Below are positions 15,232 to 27,407 of a stretch of DNA of 64,000 nucleotides, piece by piece. The stretch is from the sequence record ON631220.1; one strand, written 5' to 3'. The first letter of the stretch is position 1; each line of letters opens with the position of its first letter. The position numbers and the translations under genes were made by a program. The notes under the pieces are model-generated. The model ran no database searches. It was not told where the DNA came from and worked only from the letters and a program-made list of their open reading frames with translations.

Positions 15232-15265
15232 ACATAATGCCCTCCCATTACGGGAGGGCTTATGA
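15232..15265. terminator. Bidirectional terminator GCCCTCCC-ATTAC-GGGAGGGC
   Basis: Lies between the convergent gp129 and gp130 stops. Confidence 0.9.
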
Positions 15266-15267
15266 CG

Positions 15268-16551
<1,284 letters not shown>

Positions 16552-16648
16552 CTATTAGTCTCCATGGAATGATTGGACAATCCTATGTGAATTTCACATC
16601 ATTACGCTAACAAATTGCGCAATAGCGTTTTATTAAAGGAGGGCAACC

Positions 16649-18964
16649 ATGGCCCACGGTGAAACTGGGTTATATCCATTCGACCCCAATGGAACAAATC
16701 CCCAGAACTTTATTAAAGGTGAGCGCCAAACTCTCCAGGTACCAGATGGTGATGATTATTATTTCATTATACCATTTGCTGCACCTTTCTTTGTAGATTC
16801 ATTACGACTATTTAACCCACTGACCAATCAGACTTATGTAGAAGGTGTTGATTACCTTATTGGGCATTGGTTTATTGAAGCTATGGAATCGATAGGTAGA
16901 CCTATCGCTGGATCTATACGTATCATGAAGCGTTCGATAAACGCTATGATTGGTATGGATTATCGTACAATAGGTGGGCAATGGGGATTTAGTAATCAGC
17001 AGATCCTGGCTGAGCTTGCACGCAAACAGTATAACCCCTTGATTCGGTCATGGGGTGCAATTGGTCCATTACCTGCTTCTTTCCCACCTTTAGAACACAA
17101 TCAACCTATTGATTCATTAGTAGGTAGTAAAGAGATTCTTGAAGGTATCGAAGGGATTATAGAAGCTATCCGTGCTGCGGCTGCCGGTACAACTGACCAA
17201 CATATTCATGATTATAATAACCCACACAGGGTAACTAAAGCACAAGTTGGCTTGTCACTAGTTCCAAACTATGCAATGGCAAGTGATCAACAGCATTTAG
17301 ATGCTAATCGTAATGATCTATTTACGAACCCACGTGGTACATTAGCATTAGTTAATAAGTTTGCCGTAAATCCGCTTAATGCCCACATAGCGGCTAGGGG
17401 TAACGTACACGGTCTAACAGCAGCTGATATTAATTTAGGTAATGTTCCTAACTACCCAGCTGCAACACCAACTACTGCGGTAGACGTAACTAATGATTCG
17501 GTATTATTAACACCTTATACTGCATCTATTCTCTATAGTCAGATTGGTGATGCTTCTAGAATTAATGAACTAGAAGAGAAACTTAATCAACATATTAGTA
17601 ATGAAAATAACCCACACGTTGTAACTGCCGACCAGGTTAATGCATATACTAAAACACAAGTTGATCAACTACTGGCAGGACTAGGTGGTGGTGATGCTTC
17701 TACCTTTGGTGGATTAACACCTGAGCAATGGAAAGATGAATTCCCATCATTCGGTGATATTGAAAGGATGGCAGCCGGCTATAACGCTAACTGGGATGAT
17801 GTACAATTAAAGATAGATACATTACCAGTTATTGTGGATGATACTAGTGAATATGACCGAATGGAATTAATTCAAGGTGTCACGGCAGGTTTCCATGCTT
17901 ATGCTGGATTTAATAGTTGGTGGGATTGTACAATTGTCAGAGATGACTGTGTAGTTCATCCTAAATCGCCAGCTAACCCTTATGCTGTTATACCAGAGCG
18001 TTTAGGATATGCTCAGGAATCCTGGGTATCTCACCGATATGGTCAGTATTGGGTAGAGAATGGTGTAGCCAAGTCAGCATGTATCGATGAAACTAAAGTC
18101 GATGAGATGATACCAATTCCAGTAGAATGGACTGCACCTATAGATGGAAATATTCCTTCAAGTATCTGGGCGAATAAAACATCTCTGTATATGTTAACAG
18201 GTAAGTTCATCTTTAGTTCAACAGGTGAATCAGCAATCTTTGAGCACCAAGATCTTTATCGTTGTGTTAAAGGTGGTACATCTGAACTATTAGTACCTGC
18301 TGCTAATAAACCATGGGCTATATTTACCAATACTGAAGACACCTATCCTGGTGAAATGACAGTTGTTGTAAACATAGGTCCAGCTAGCAGTGCTGACTAT
18401 GTATATACAGCTTATGGTATCCCAAGCTTCATTAGTGCTTTTAATGATTTTGTTAACAACACAATTAAACCATTGAATCATGTTATTGATTCAATGTCAA
18501 TTGGTTGCACCCACATCATCATGCATTCAATAGATCCATTAGTTGCTCCTGAAGATTATACATCTGAATCTAGTAAAGTACATGTCATGGAAATCATCCG
18601 CAATGGTAATGATACATCCTTTATGGTTATCTCGCCATTATGGTTTGATGGACGTGGTAACGATGTAACTGCTAATGTAAATAGTAACCCAATTGGTGGT
18701 GTATCAGGATTGTACACACATTACACAGTGATGTATGGTGATGGCCAAATCGCTTTCTTCGGAAATAACGATAATGGACAATGTGACGTAGATGACCATG
18801 CTGGACCATATATTCAATTGGCAGCAGGGCATAATTTCACTGTGACAGTAAATACTTTGAATCAAGTCATGTTCTGGGGAGATTCACCTGATAACTCCTT
18901 ATTATGGAATGGCAGGGGTACACGTGTGAAACATATTGAACCAACTCCACCCACTGGTCCATAA
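16649..18964 (+). CDS. Baseplate/tail-fibre protein (phiKZ gp131)
   Basis: 771 aa with repeated H-x5-NPH-x-VT modules. The C-terminal domain has RCC1/beta-propeller-like motifs (AAGHNFTV, FFGNNDNGQ). Confidence 0.9.
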   Translation: MAHGETGLYPFDPNGTNPQNFIKGERQTLQVPDGDDYYFIIPFAAPFFVDSLRLFNPLTNQTYVEGVDYLIGHWFIEAMESIGRPIAGSIRIMKRSINAMIGMDYRTIGGQWGFSNQQILAELARKQYNPLIRSWGAIGPLPASFPPLEHNQPIDSLVGSKEILEGIEGIIEAIRAAAAGTTDQHIHDYNNPHRVTKAQVGLSLVPNYAMASDQQHLDANRNDLFTNPRGTLALVNKFAVNPLNAHIAARGNVHGLTAADINLGNVPNYPAATPTTAVDVTNDSVLLTPYTASILYSQIGDASRINELEEKLNQHISNENNPHVVTADQVNAYTKTQVDQLLAGLGGGDASTFGGLTPEQWKDEFPSFGDIERMAAGYNANWDDVQLKIDTLPVIVDDTSEYDRMELIQGVTAGFHAYAGFNSWWDCTIVRDDCVVHPKSPANPYAVIPERLGYAQESWVSHRYGQYWVENGVAKSACIDETKVDEMIPIPVEWTAPIDGNIPSSIWANKTSLYMLTGKFIFSSTGESAIFEHQDLYRCVKGGTSELLVPAANKPWAIFTNTEDTYPGEMTVVVNIGPASSADYVYTAYGIPSFISAFNDFVNNTIKPLNHVIDSMSIGCTHIIMHSIDPLVAPEDYTSESSKVHVMEIIRNGNDTSFMVISPLWFDGRGNDVTANVNSNPIGGVSGLYTHYTVMYGDGQIAFFGNNDNGQCDVDDHAGPYIQLAAGHNFTVTVNTLNQVMFWGDSPDNSLLWNGRGTRVKHIEPTPPTGP

Positions 18965-18976
18965 GAGGATTTAAAA

Positions 18977-19309
18977 ATGGCAGAAGTTACACGTCAAGAG
19001 ATGGATGCTCAAATAAATGCTTCTATTAGTAATCAAGGCTTATTTACTAAGGCAGTCCTTAATAAATTCATAGCCGTTATTAATAGGATCAATGGGCATA
19101 TTGCAGCTAGAGGTAACCCACATAATCTGCAACCATCGGATATTGGTCTTGGTAATGTGGCTAACTATCGTCCAGCTACTAAGAAGCGTGCACAAGAAGG
19201 TTTCAATAACACTACGTACATGACTCCTAAACGGACAGATGATTATAATCGAGTGCACATATACGGTCCACTTGCGAAATTATTTAATGACGCAGCAGAC
19301 CGTCTATAA
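18977..19309 (+). CDS. Small gp131-family structural protein (gp132)
   Basis: 110 aa with a single HIAARGNPH module and a GAGG SD. Confidence 0.85.
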   Translation: MAEVTRQEMDAQINASISNQGLFTKAVLNKFIAVINRINGHIAARGNPHNLQPSDIGLGNVANYRPATKKRAQEGFNNTTYMTPKRTDDYNRVHIYGPLAKLFNDAADRL

Positions 19310-19326
19310 ACATCTGACCCGGCATA

Positions 19327-19358
19327 AGAGACACAGCCAAAAGCTGTGTCTCTTTTTG
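19327..19358 (+). terminator. Intrinsic terminator
   Basis: AGAGACACAGC-CAAAA-GCTGTGTCTCT followed by a T-tract. Confidence 0.85.
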
Positions 19359-19383
19359 CTGTTTCAGTTAAAAGGTATTTCTT

Positions 19384-20772
19384 ATGTATAATCCTATTTT
19401 ACAATTACCATTTGATCCATTAGGTACAAATCCAGATTGTTTCATTGGTAGCGAACCACATACTCTAGTTCAGTATCAGGGATTCGACTATAGAATCATC
19501 AAGTTATATCATGGTGGATTCTATACAAAAGGGTTAGAAGTTTATGATGGTAAATATAATCGTTTAGTTAAAGATATTGATTATATTGTTACTTATTATC
19601 ACAAAGATGCTAGTGCGTATGTCGGTCAAGAAATATGTTCAGCAATTGTTTTCTTAAAAACACCTAGTACACCAATAGTGTATACTTCAGCTCACATGGT
19701 AGGCGGTGATCTAGCGTTTAGTTTCACAGTTATCGACGATTATATTAACTGGTGGAAAACAAATGGTAAGCCAAAGCCAAAAGATCTCGACTACACTGGT
19801 AACGAACCATATTGGAAAGACGGTGAGTTAGTTGGCGAACGATGGCATCTTGATACGTATCAGCCTTATAACAACGAGATGGAGTGGATAACACAGGCAC
19901 TCATGGCTGGTGACACAAGTGGTGAAGATGACTACCGTAGTAAAGTTAAAGAGATTTATGATGAGTTCTTAAAGAAATTTAATGACCGCCTAGAAAAGCA
20001 TATTCAAGATAAAGCTAATCCACACAAGATTACCCCAACCAATGTTGAACTAGGTTTAGTTAATAACTTTCCATTGGCTACTCCAGCCATTGCTCAACTA
20101 GGTCAATCTAATGCGCATTATCTAACACCGCAGTTAGCATATGGCGTATTAGATGAAATAGCTATAAAACCACTTAATGCCCACATAGCTCGCCGTGATA
20201 ATCCACATAAAGTCAAAAATACACATGTACAGTCATATTTGAAAAGTGATTTTGATTCACGAATTACTGGTAAATATTTAAAGACTGATACAGTAGCTAA
20301 TACTAATATGGTTTATTATAAACCTAAAGGGCAACCAACTGCTACTTTAATGGGTTATAGCGATCTTATTTGGTGGATGCGTAAGAACTTTGACACAGAC
20401 GTGAACTTTACAGCTGGCGATGGCCAGAGTAATGTCATCAATATAAATCGGATTGGTTCCGGGACAATGGGACAATGGAAAGCACCACTCCGTGGGAATG
20501 GTATCTTTACACACTTTGATCAATTAGCCACAGAGTATTCATATCCGGTTAAGTTAAAGTTTTATGCACTAGGATTACAACCATCCGTGCAAGCAGCATT
20601 AGATTTCTGTAGAACTAACTTCACTAATCCAGATGCATGGCCTATCGGATCTACTGTATTCTTCACTATTAAAGAACAGAAAATCCAGGCAGCTGGTAAC
20701 GGATTGATTTTCGTTGATTATACTCCTAACTACGTGTGTTTCCGTTCACAAGGTGGCTGGGTAATTCCATAA
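19384..20772 (+). CDS. gp131-family tail/baseplate protein (gp133)
   Basis: 462 aa; LPFD N-terminus and two NPH modules. Confidence 0.88.
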   Translation: MYNPILQLPFDPLGTNPDCFIGSEPHTLVQYQGFDYRIIKLYHGGFYTKGLEVYDGKYNRLVKDIDYIVTYYHKDASAYVGQEICSAIVFLKTPSTPIVYTSAHMVGGDLAFSFTVIDDYINWWKTNGKPKPKDLDYTGNEPYWKDGELVGERWHLDTYQPYNNEMEWITQALMAGDTSGEDDYRSKVKEIYDEFLKKFNDRLEKHIQDKANPHKITPTNVELGLVNNFPLATPAIAQLGQSNAHYLTPQLAYGVLDEIAIKPLNAHIARRDNPHKVKNTHVQSYLKSDFDSRITGKYLKTDTVANTNMVYYKPKGQPTATLMGYSDLIWWMRKNFDTDVNFTAGDGQSNVININRIGSGTMGQWKAPLRGNGIFTHFDQLATEYSYPVKLKFYALGLQPSVQAALDFCRTNFTNPDAWPIGSTVFFTIKEQKIQAAGNGLIFVDYTPNYVCFRSQGGWVIP

Positions 20773-20783
20773 GGATAGTTTAG

Positions 20784-22157
20784 ATGAATCCATTACTTTT
20801 ACCTCTTCCATTTGATGAAACTGGAGAGAGTTATAGTAACCGAACAAAGGGTGAATACCATTCACTAGCAAAACAGAAAGGATTCCCCTATCGCATCATC
20901 GTGATGGATAAGGGTTACTTTTACACTAAAGGAATGGTTATCAGAGATGGTAGGCAAAATGAGTTAAATCCAGAAATGGATTATCAGTGTACTGGTATTA
21001 ATCCAGAAGTAATTGAGAAGACTGGACTTGAAGCTTGTTCAGTAATTGTTATTACAAAACAAGATGTCCACGAGGATATTTACATTGATGCTCAGATGTG
21101 CGGTGGTATATACTGTAACCTTGCCCCTTCCATATCTGAGCATGCTAACGCTCTTTTAAATAATACCCGTAAACCACATTGGTCTAATATTTTAGATATT
21201 CCTGACCAATTTAAACCTAATGGACATATGCATGCCTATTGGGAACTTTATGGTTTTACGCCTAGAGTTGTTAAATTAAAAGAAATAACTGACTTATTAA
21301 AGAAAAGCTCATCAGACTCATATGACTCCATTTTAGATGAGTTTAAATATCAGTTAAGTCTAATAGAAGCTGATCTTAATACAATTGAAGCACGACTTAC
21401 TACACACATCAATGATACCACCACTAACCCACACCAGACACGTAAAGGGCAAGTGGCATTAGGTAATGTTTATAATGCTGGTATTGCAACTGAAACACAA
21501 GCCAAACAGCCAAATGGCGCTATCATGAATGTCTATGCTACGCCATGGTCAATGAAGTTATCAGTTGATACCAATTATACAGTTCAATATCTGGCACACG
21601 TTAACGATGTTACCACTAACCCACACAGGGTAACGGCTGAACAATTAAATACGTATACTGTTACTCAAGCTAATATTTTACTAAATCAAAAATTAGATAA
21701 AGGTAAAACAGCTAATACATCTAAGCTATTATTTGGACAAGATGTTTATAGCATGGGTGAAACAGTACGTGCTAAGATGCCTCTAAGTGTATTAACTACT
21801 GGTAGATTAGCACCTGGTAGGATTGGTAATTCAGCAACCTGGCCAGGTCGTGATTGGACATTGATGCCTAATGGTCAATGGACTCATTTCGGTTTTATAT
21901 TTAATCGCTTCCAAAAAACAGGAACGATGGTCCACTGGAATAACACCAACTTTAAATCTATTCAAGAAGCAATTGCTTTCCATAACACATACTTCTCAGA
22001 TCCTGAACAATGGTGGCCTGGTTCATTAGCTATTTGCCACTACGATCAAGAATTCGTTATTGGACATGGCAATGGTACAACAGCTACTACCTATAGGAAT
22101 ACTCTATTCCTACGTAAAGTTGGATCAACGTGGACTAATATAGGGGAACCGGCATAA
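20784..22157 (+). CDS. gp131-family tail/baseplate protein (gp134)
   Basis: 457 aa; LPFD N-terminus, PNGHMH motif and two NPH modules. Confidence 0.88.
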   Translation: MNPLLLPLPFDETGESYSNRTKGEYHSLAKQKGFPYRIIVMDKGYFYTKGMVIRDGRQNELNPEMDYQCTGINPEVIEKTGLEACSVIVITKQDVHEDIYIDAQMCGGIYCNLAPSISEHANALLNNTRKPHWSNILDIPDQFKPNGHMHAYWELYGFTPRVVKLKEITDLLKKSSSDSYDSILDEFKYQLSLIEADLNTIEARLTTHINDTTTNPHQTRKGQVALGNVYNAGIATETQAKQPNGAIMNVYATPWSMKLSVDTNYTVQYLAHVNDVTTNPHRVTAEQLNTYTVTQANILLNQKLDKGKTANTSKLLFGQDVYSMGETVRAKMPLSVLTTGRLAPGRIGNSATWPGRDWTLMPNGQWTHFGFIFNRFQKTGTMVHWNNTNFKSIQEAIAFHNTYFSDPEQWWPGSLAICHYDQEFVIGHGNGTTATTYRNTLFLRKVGSTWTNIGEPA

Positions 22158-23548
22158 TGATTACTTTTTTACCATTAGATCTAAAAGCTAAATTAGCATC
22201 TAATTACATTGTAGATGAGGATCACACACTTATTCAAGTCAATAATAAAACACATCGCGTACTTATGTGTACACATGGTGGTTTTTATACTAAGGACTTT
22301 AATCTACGTGATAAGAAGACTGGTTTATCTTTAAACAAAGATCAATATAAAACAACCTATCTTTATTCACAGTTATCTGAAATGACTGGCTTAGAAGTAA
22401 TGGGCATTGTTGTAGTAACTGATCCTAATGTTAGTCCTAATGTCCAAGTTACATATAGAGCAGTTGGTGGTTTCTTTAGTATTTCAGCATTAGAACTTAA
22501 AGCTGTTTTTGATAAACTTGAATTAGATGAATTAAGTTTCACTTGGGATGATATTGTTGGTAAACCCGATGCATATCCGCCTGCCCCTCATGGCCATGAA
22601 TATTGGCAGATTTATGGCACAGATACAATGGTAACTGAATTAAACCGAATAGCACATGCTTATCGGGTCGGTAGAAGTGCCATGGATAATGCTGCCGATG
22701 ATTATTATAAAGTTTATCTCACTGATGCAAAAACCGCTGTGGACGATTATAGAGATCGAGTTACAGCACACTTAACTGATTATAATAATCCGCATGCTGA
22801 TGATCGATTCAAGTTAATTCCACCGCTTGATAAGATATCCAACTGGGGTTTTGCTACTGAAGCTGAGTCAGTTAATAGAAACGTAAATAATAAATACATG
22901 CCAATTGGTGGTATTTATCGTATTCTTAATATTGATACGTTGGCTAAACTTGCAGCACATATTAAAAACTTTAATAACCCACATGCTGTCACAGCTGACC
23001 AAGTTGGATCATATACCAAACCAGTGATGGATTCTAAAATAACTCCATTATTAGGTATTAATGAACAAGCTGCTAATGCGACCACTATTGGTGCTACTAC
23101 TAATAGTCAGGGTTATCCAGTTACTGGAACAGGTAAGGTATATCAGAATTTCTGGAATGATGTTCGAAAAGATATTCCAGCTGAAGAAGTAACTAGTGGC
23201 GTATTTAAATGGAATGCATTAGGTAAAGGTAATGCATCAATATTAAATGACCCTGAGAGATATTATCTAGCAAGCGATGGTACTTGGCAAGACTGGGTTG
23301 AAGCTTTTAAAGAGTGGAACAAAGATAAGATTAAAGCCATTACCTTAGGTCAGGTAAATAGTGAAGCAGAAGCATTAAACACGTTAAATACGATGTTTAC
23401 AGATAATACCAAATATCCTGAAGGCACTTACGCTGTTGTAGGTGTTAGAACTAATACCCCCTTTGAAGCCTATTATTACCAGCAATATGTAGCAGTTAGA
23501 AATAATGGTACATGGCGTTGGATGATTCGAGCTGGAGCACTTGTATAA
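22157..23548 (+). CDS. gp131-family tail/baseplate protein (gp135)
   Basis: 463 aa; TAATG-coupled; PPAPHGH motif and two NPH modules. Confidence 0.88.
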   Translation: MITFLPLDLKAKLASNYIVDEDHTLIQVNNKTHRVLMCTHGGFYTKDFNLRDKKTGLSLNKDQYKTTYLYSQLSEMTGLEVMGIVVVTDPNVSPNVQVTYRAVGGFFSISALELKAVFDKLELDELSFTWDDIVGKPDAYPPAPHGHEYWQIYGTDTMVTELNRIAHAYRVGRSAMDNAADDYYKVYLTDAKTAVDDYRDRVTAHLTDYNNPHADDRFKLIPPLDKISNWGFATEAESVNRNVNNKYMPIGGIYRILNIDTLAKLAAHIKNFNNPHAVTADQVGSYTKPVMDSKITPLLGINEQAANATTIGATTNSQGYPVTGTGKVYQNFWNDVRKDIPAEEVTSGVFKWNALGKGNASILNDPERYYLASDGTWQDWVEAFKEWNKDKIKAITLGQVNSEAEALNTLNTMFTDNTKYPEGTYAVVGVRTNTPFEAYYYQQYVAVRNNGTWRWMIRAGALV

Positions 23549-24150
23549 TGAATAATCCGTTATCACTCCAAGAACTATCTTTAGCTACTGCGCCTACTGA
23601 AGATAAAGTAAAAGTACTATTAATGTTTAACCGTACTTCTGAGGTATTCCTACAAAGCGTAGGCTATCTACCTTTAGATGCATTCGATGCTAAGTCACGT
23701 GAGCACACCATTTTTGTTGAAGCCGAAATGGGTACTTATGATGTAGTCGTAAGTAATACACCTGGTAAACAACCTACACTTTCTGATTGGAAGATTGTTC
23801 CTAAAGAAGAAGCGCCACAAGTAATTACTGAAGATCACTTAAATAGTAAAGTGGCCTACAAAATTACTGAACGCTATCCAGTGACTGAGCAAATTAATAT
23901 CCTTGCACGTGCAATTAAACAGCTAGCTGAAAAATATGGTCAAGAGTTAGATGAACTAGAAGAAATGCTTGATTATATTGATCTTGTTAAACGAACTAAT
24001 CGCGCGCATAAGGAGGCCCTAATTGAGAGCCCAGACGTTATCTATAAATCCAGGGAAGATCTCGACGCTGAGAAAGCACATCGATATGCAGGTGGCCTGC
24101 ATGAGCTTATCGGCCCACGAAAGATCGACCAAGGACGTGTTTTCAGCTGA
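23548..24150 (+). CDS. Hypothetical protein, possible fibre assembly chaperone (gp136 position)
   Basis: Start moved to the TAATG overlap at 23548 (200 aa). The KITERYPVTEQINIL segment resembles tail-assembly chaperones (inference). Confidence 0.7.
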   Translation: MNNPLSLQELSLATAPTEDKVKVLLMFNRTSEVFLQSVGYLPLDAFDAKSREHTIFVEAEMGTYDVVVSNTPGKQPTLSDWKIVPKEEAPQVITEDHLNSKVAYKITERYPVTEQINILARAIKQLAEKYGQELDELEEMLDYIDLVKRTNRAHKEALIESPDVIYKSREDLDAEKAHRYAGGLHELIGPRKIDQGRVFS

Positions 24151-24583
24151 ATTTGCAGCTGACCTTGTATCTTATCTGGATACACTGGGAGATTCCTGGT
24201 GGTTTAATCGGAAAAAAATTAATAGTATCCCAACCAAAGGTATTACTGAATGTGATTATTGGTTTTTAGGTCATAATCAAATGCCAGTGGAATTACGGGA
24301 CTTACTATTTCATATTGCACCTAAGGTAGAAGGTGCTTGGTTAGGCGAAGTTCTAATCAACCGATATGAAATTGGTACAGGTATGCCTGAACACATCGAC
24401 CAAGCTGTTTATCGTTACAACATGGTTATTGCATTAAATGACAATGGTGATGGTATAACGATCAATGGTAAGTTTTATCAGGATGTGCCAGGTAGGGCTA
24501 CTATTTTTCCAATCCGTTCAGAGCCACATGAAGTCCCTCCAGTTAAAAATAAAAGATACGTTCTTATATATCTCTACGAGTAG
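24101..24583 (+). CDS. 2OG-Fe(II) oxygenase superfamily protein (gp137 position)
   Basis: H-I-D ... H-E-V ... R-Y-V facial-triad/2OG pattern. Start moved to ATG 24101 behind an AGGTGG SD. Confidence 0.75.
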   Translation: MSLSAHERSTKDVFSAEFAADLVSYLDTLGDSWWFNRKKINSIPTKGITECDYWFLGHNQMPVELRDLLFHIAPKVEGAWLGEVLINRYEIGTGMPEHIDQAVYRYNMVIALNDNGDGITINGKFYQDVPGRATIFPIRSEPHEVPPVKNKRYVLIYLYE

Positions 24584-24591
24584 GGTACAAC

Positions 24592-25080
24592 ATGGTAATT
24601 AAACTTAAGACTCTATCTAAGACAGAACTAAAAACATTAACAAAGCTTAAAGGCGAAGTTTCATTTAGAGACTCATATGGCCACCGTATGCGAGTTGGCA
24701 CCAATGGCCTTAAAGCATGTAGTGTTTATAATACTTCAAAATGGTTTAATTGGACTGCTAAACAGCGTAAAGAAATTAAACCAATTTTAGGCGAAGAACT
24801 ATTTAACAAAGCACTGCAAGTATGGTTTTTAGATTTCCCCAAAATAGATGGATTTCTAGATGAGATGAATTATTGGGTAGATAAACCCGAGGCCGGTACT
24901 ATTCTTGCTTGGAATATTGGGCCTGATGCTAAGTTCATTTTAGATGGTGAGGAACTATTAATTGGAAAAGGTGAAGGATTAGTATTCCATCTATCCCAAT
25001 TACATGAAGTAAAACGCTCCCATAATGGACAATCATGGATCTGTGTAATGGTACGTGGTGCTCCTGAAAAATTTGCTTAA
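24592..25080 (+). CDS. Cupin/DSBH-like protein, probable degenerate 2OG-Fe(II) paralogue (gp138 position)
   Basis: 162 aa; GEGLVF...LHEV pattern parallels gp137, but no HxD motif is evident. Confidence 0.6.
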   Translation: MVIKLKTLSKTELKTLTKLKGEVSFRDSYGHRMRVGTNGLKACSVYNTSKWFNWTAKQRKEIKPILGEELFNKALQVWFLDFPKIDGFLDEMNYWVDKPEAGTILAWNIGPDAKFILDGEELLIGKGEGLVFHLSQLHEVKRSHNGQSWICVMVRGAPEKFA

Positions 25081-25082
25081 CA

Positions 25083-25112
25083 GCATAAATCCCCTCCATG
25101 TGGAGGGGAACT
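25083..25112 (+). terminator. Stem-loop (probable terminator)
   Basis: CCCCTCC-ATGT-GGAGGGG right after the stop; no U-tract. Confidence 0.6.
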
Positions 25113-25145
25113 CTTACAAATTTACTCAATAGTACAGTGTACTAA

Positions 25146-26072
<927 letters not shown>

Positions 26073-26074
26073 AT

Positions 26075-26638
26075 ATGCTTAAGCTTCCAGCGAGTGATGA
26101 GCCATTTAGGGTACTAGCATTAGACCCTGGTTCACAAAACCTCGGCATAGCTATTCTGGAAGATAAGTTGGATGGAAGTAATAAGGTGGTACGTAATGCA
26201 TTTACTTGCCACCTTAAAGATACAAATCCGGCATATGCTGCCATCTCCGAGGTTCATGGTAGTAGATTTACTAGAATGCAGCAAATGAGCGATGTGGTGC
26301 TAAATATACTACATACTGAAAAACCACATGCAGTTATTGTAGAGTCTAACTATCTTGGTAAGTTTGCCCAAAGCTTCGCTGTACTTGTAGAATGTGTGAC
26401 CTATGTACATAGAGCATTATACGAGTATGATAGATTTATACCCTTGTACATGATTGATCCTACCACAGTTAAAATCAATGCGGGTATGAAAAAAGTAAAG
26501 GGCACTACTAAAGACGATGTTAAAGAAGCAATGCGTTCTCGTACTGACATCACATGGAACATCGACATAGATAGTCTAGATGATCACTCTATGGATGCTT
26601 GTGCGATAGCTTACTACTACCTTACTAGGATTGTTTAA
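26075..26638 (+). CDS. ruvC: RuvC-like Holliday junction resolvase
   Basis: VLALDPGSQNLGIA motif, IVES glutamate and C-terminal D-x-x-DA-x-AIA. Confidence 0.88.
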   Translation: MLKLPASDEPFRVLALDPGSQNLGIAILEDKLDGSNKVVRNAFTCHLKDTNPAYAAISEVHGSRFTRMQQMSDVVLNILHTEKPHAVIVESNYLGKFAQSFAVLVECVTYVHRALYEYDRFIPLYMIDPTTVKINAGMKKVKGTTKDDVKEAMRSRTDITWNIDIDSLDDHSMDACAIAYYYLTRIV

Positions 26639-26653
26639 CAATTCGAGGTAACA

Positions 26654-27160
26654 ATGTTCCTATTAGCAGGTATACGAAAAATAATTGGTAGTGTACCATT
26701 GCATATATGGTTACTATTAGTTATTCTGATAGGTGCCTTAATTGGTATCATATATTACAAAAATAGTTATGAGACGGAACTTGTTCGCTCTACAGATTTA
26801 ATTGGAAAAATTAAATCTTATGAAGCGGCAGAAAAGGTTAGGATTGAATCAGACCGTATCTCCGATAAAATTCAAGCTGAACTAATTACTAAAAAGAAAG
26901 AGATACAAAAAGAGCAGGCGCAATCACGCACTGAGGTGATTGATGAGTACATTAGTTTATCAGGTCGTGGATATACTCCACCTGTATGGCCTGAAGTTAA
27001 AGCTAAAACAACTAATGGGGAAAGCACCACTACTGAGATTGAACATGAAACTGACACAAAAAAAGATAGCATTAATAAGTCTATTAATGCTATTGCTAAA
27101 CGGATGTACGAGCACTACTGTGCCGCCTCCCGTGAAAATACCAGTTGCAATCCCAAGTAG
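26654..27160 (+). CDS. Putative i-spanin (Rz-like)
   Basis: N-terminal TM helix (LHIWLLLVILIGALIGIIYY) followed by a coiled coil; an overlapping lipoprotein gene lies in another frame. Confidence 0.75.
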   Translation: MFLLAGIRKIIGSVPLHIWLLLVILIGALIGIIYYKNSYETELVRSTDLIGKIKSYEAAEKVRIESDRISDKIQAELITKKKEIQKEQAQSRTEVIDEYISLSGRGYTPPVWPEVKAKTTNGESTTTEIEHETDTKKDSINKSINAIAKRMYEHYCAASRENTSCNPK

Positions 27161-27407
27161 TTTGCTTCTCCCTTGTGATGTGGAAGCCCCACCTACAGCT
27201 AATGAGATCATCAATGCATTAGATAGATATAAAGCTGTTGGGGTTACTGATGAGAATGAAGCACGTTTCTTACTTATGACCGAACATTGGCTTTTACAAA
27301 CTGATGCACTTGGACTATGTAATATCCAAGTAGACAAATTGCGTGAATGGAACGAACGTCAACGTAATTTGGAGAATAGTCATGACCCTAGAGGACGTTC
27401 TGATTGA
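27045..27407 (+). CDS. Putative o-spanin lipoprotein (Rz1-like)
   Basis: Start moved to 27045 (MKLTQKK...). Signal peptide with lipobox LLNG|C, then Pro-rich VPPPVKIP and LLLPC. Confidence 0.8.
   Translation: MKLTQKKIALISLLMLLLNGCTSTTVPPPVKIPVAIPSSLLLPCDVEAPPTANEIINALDRYKAVGVTDENEARFLLMTEHWLLQTDALGLCNIQVDKLREWNERQRNLENSHDPRGRSD

Noticed and set aside
16584-16587. Individual late (TATG) and middle promoters
   Set aside because: A 4-nt motif is too common in a roughly 36% GC sequence to call without TSS data; mentioned only where context supports it.
26960-27337. 125-aa antisense ORF across the spanin overlap
   Set aside because: Opposite two well-supported overlapping genes; no SD.
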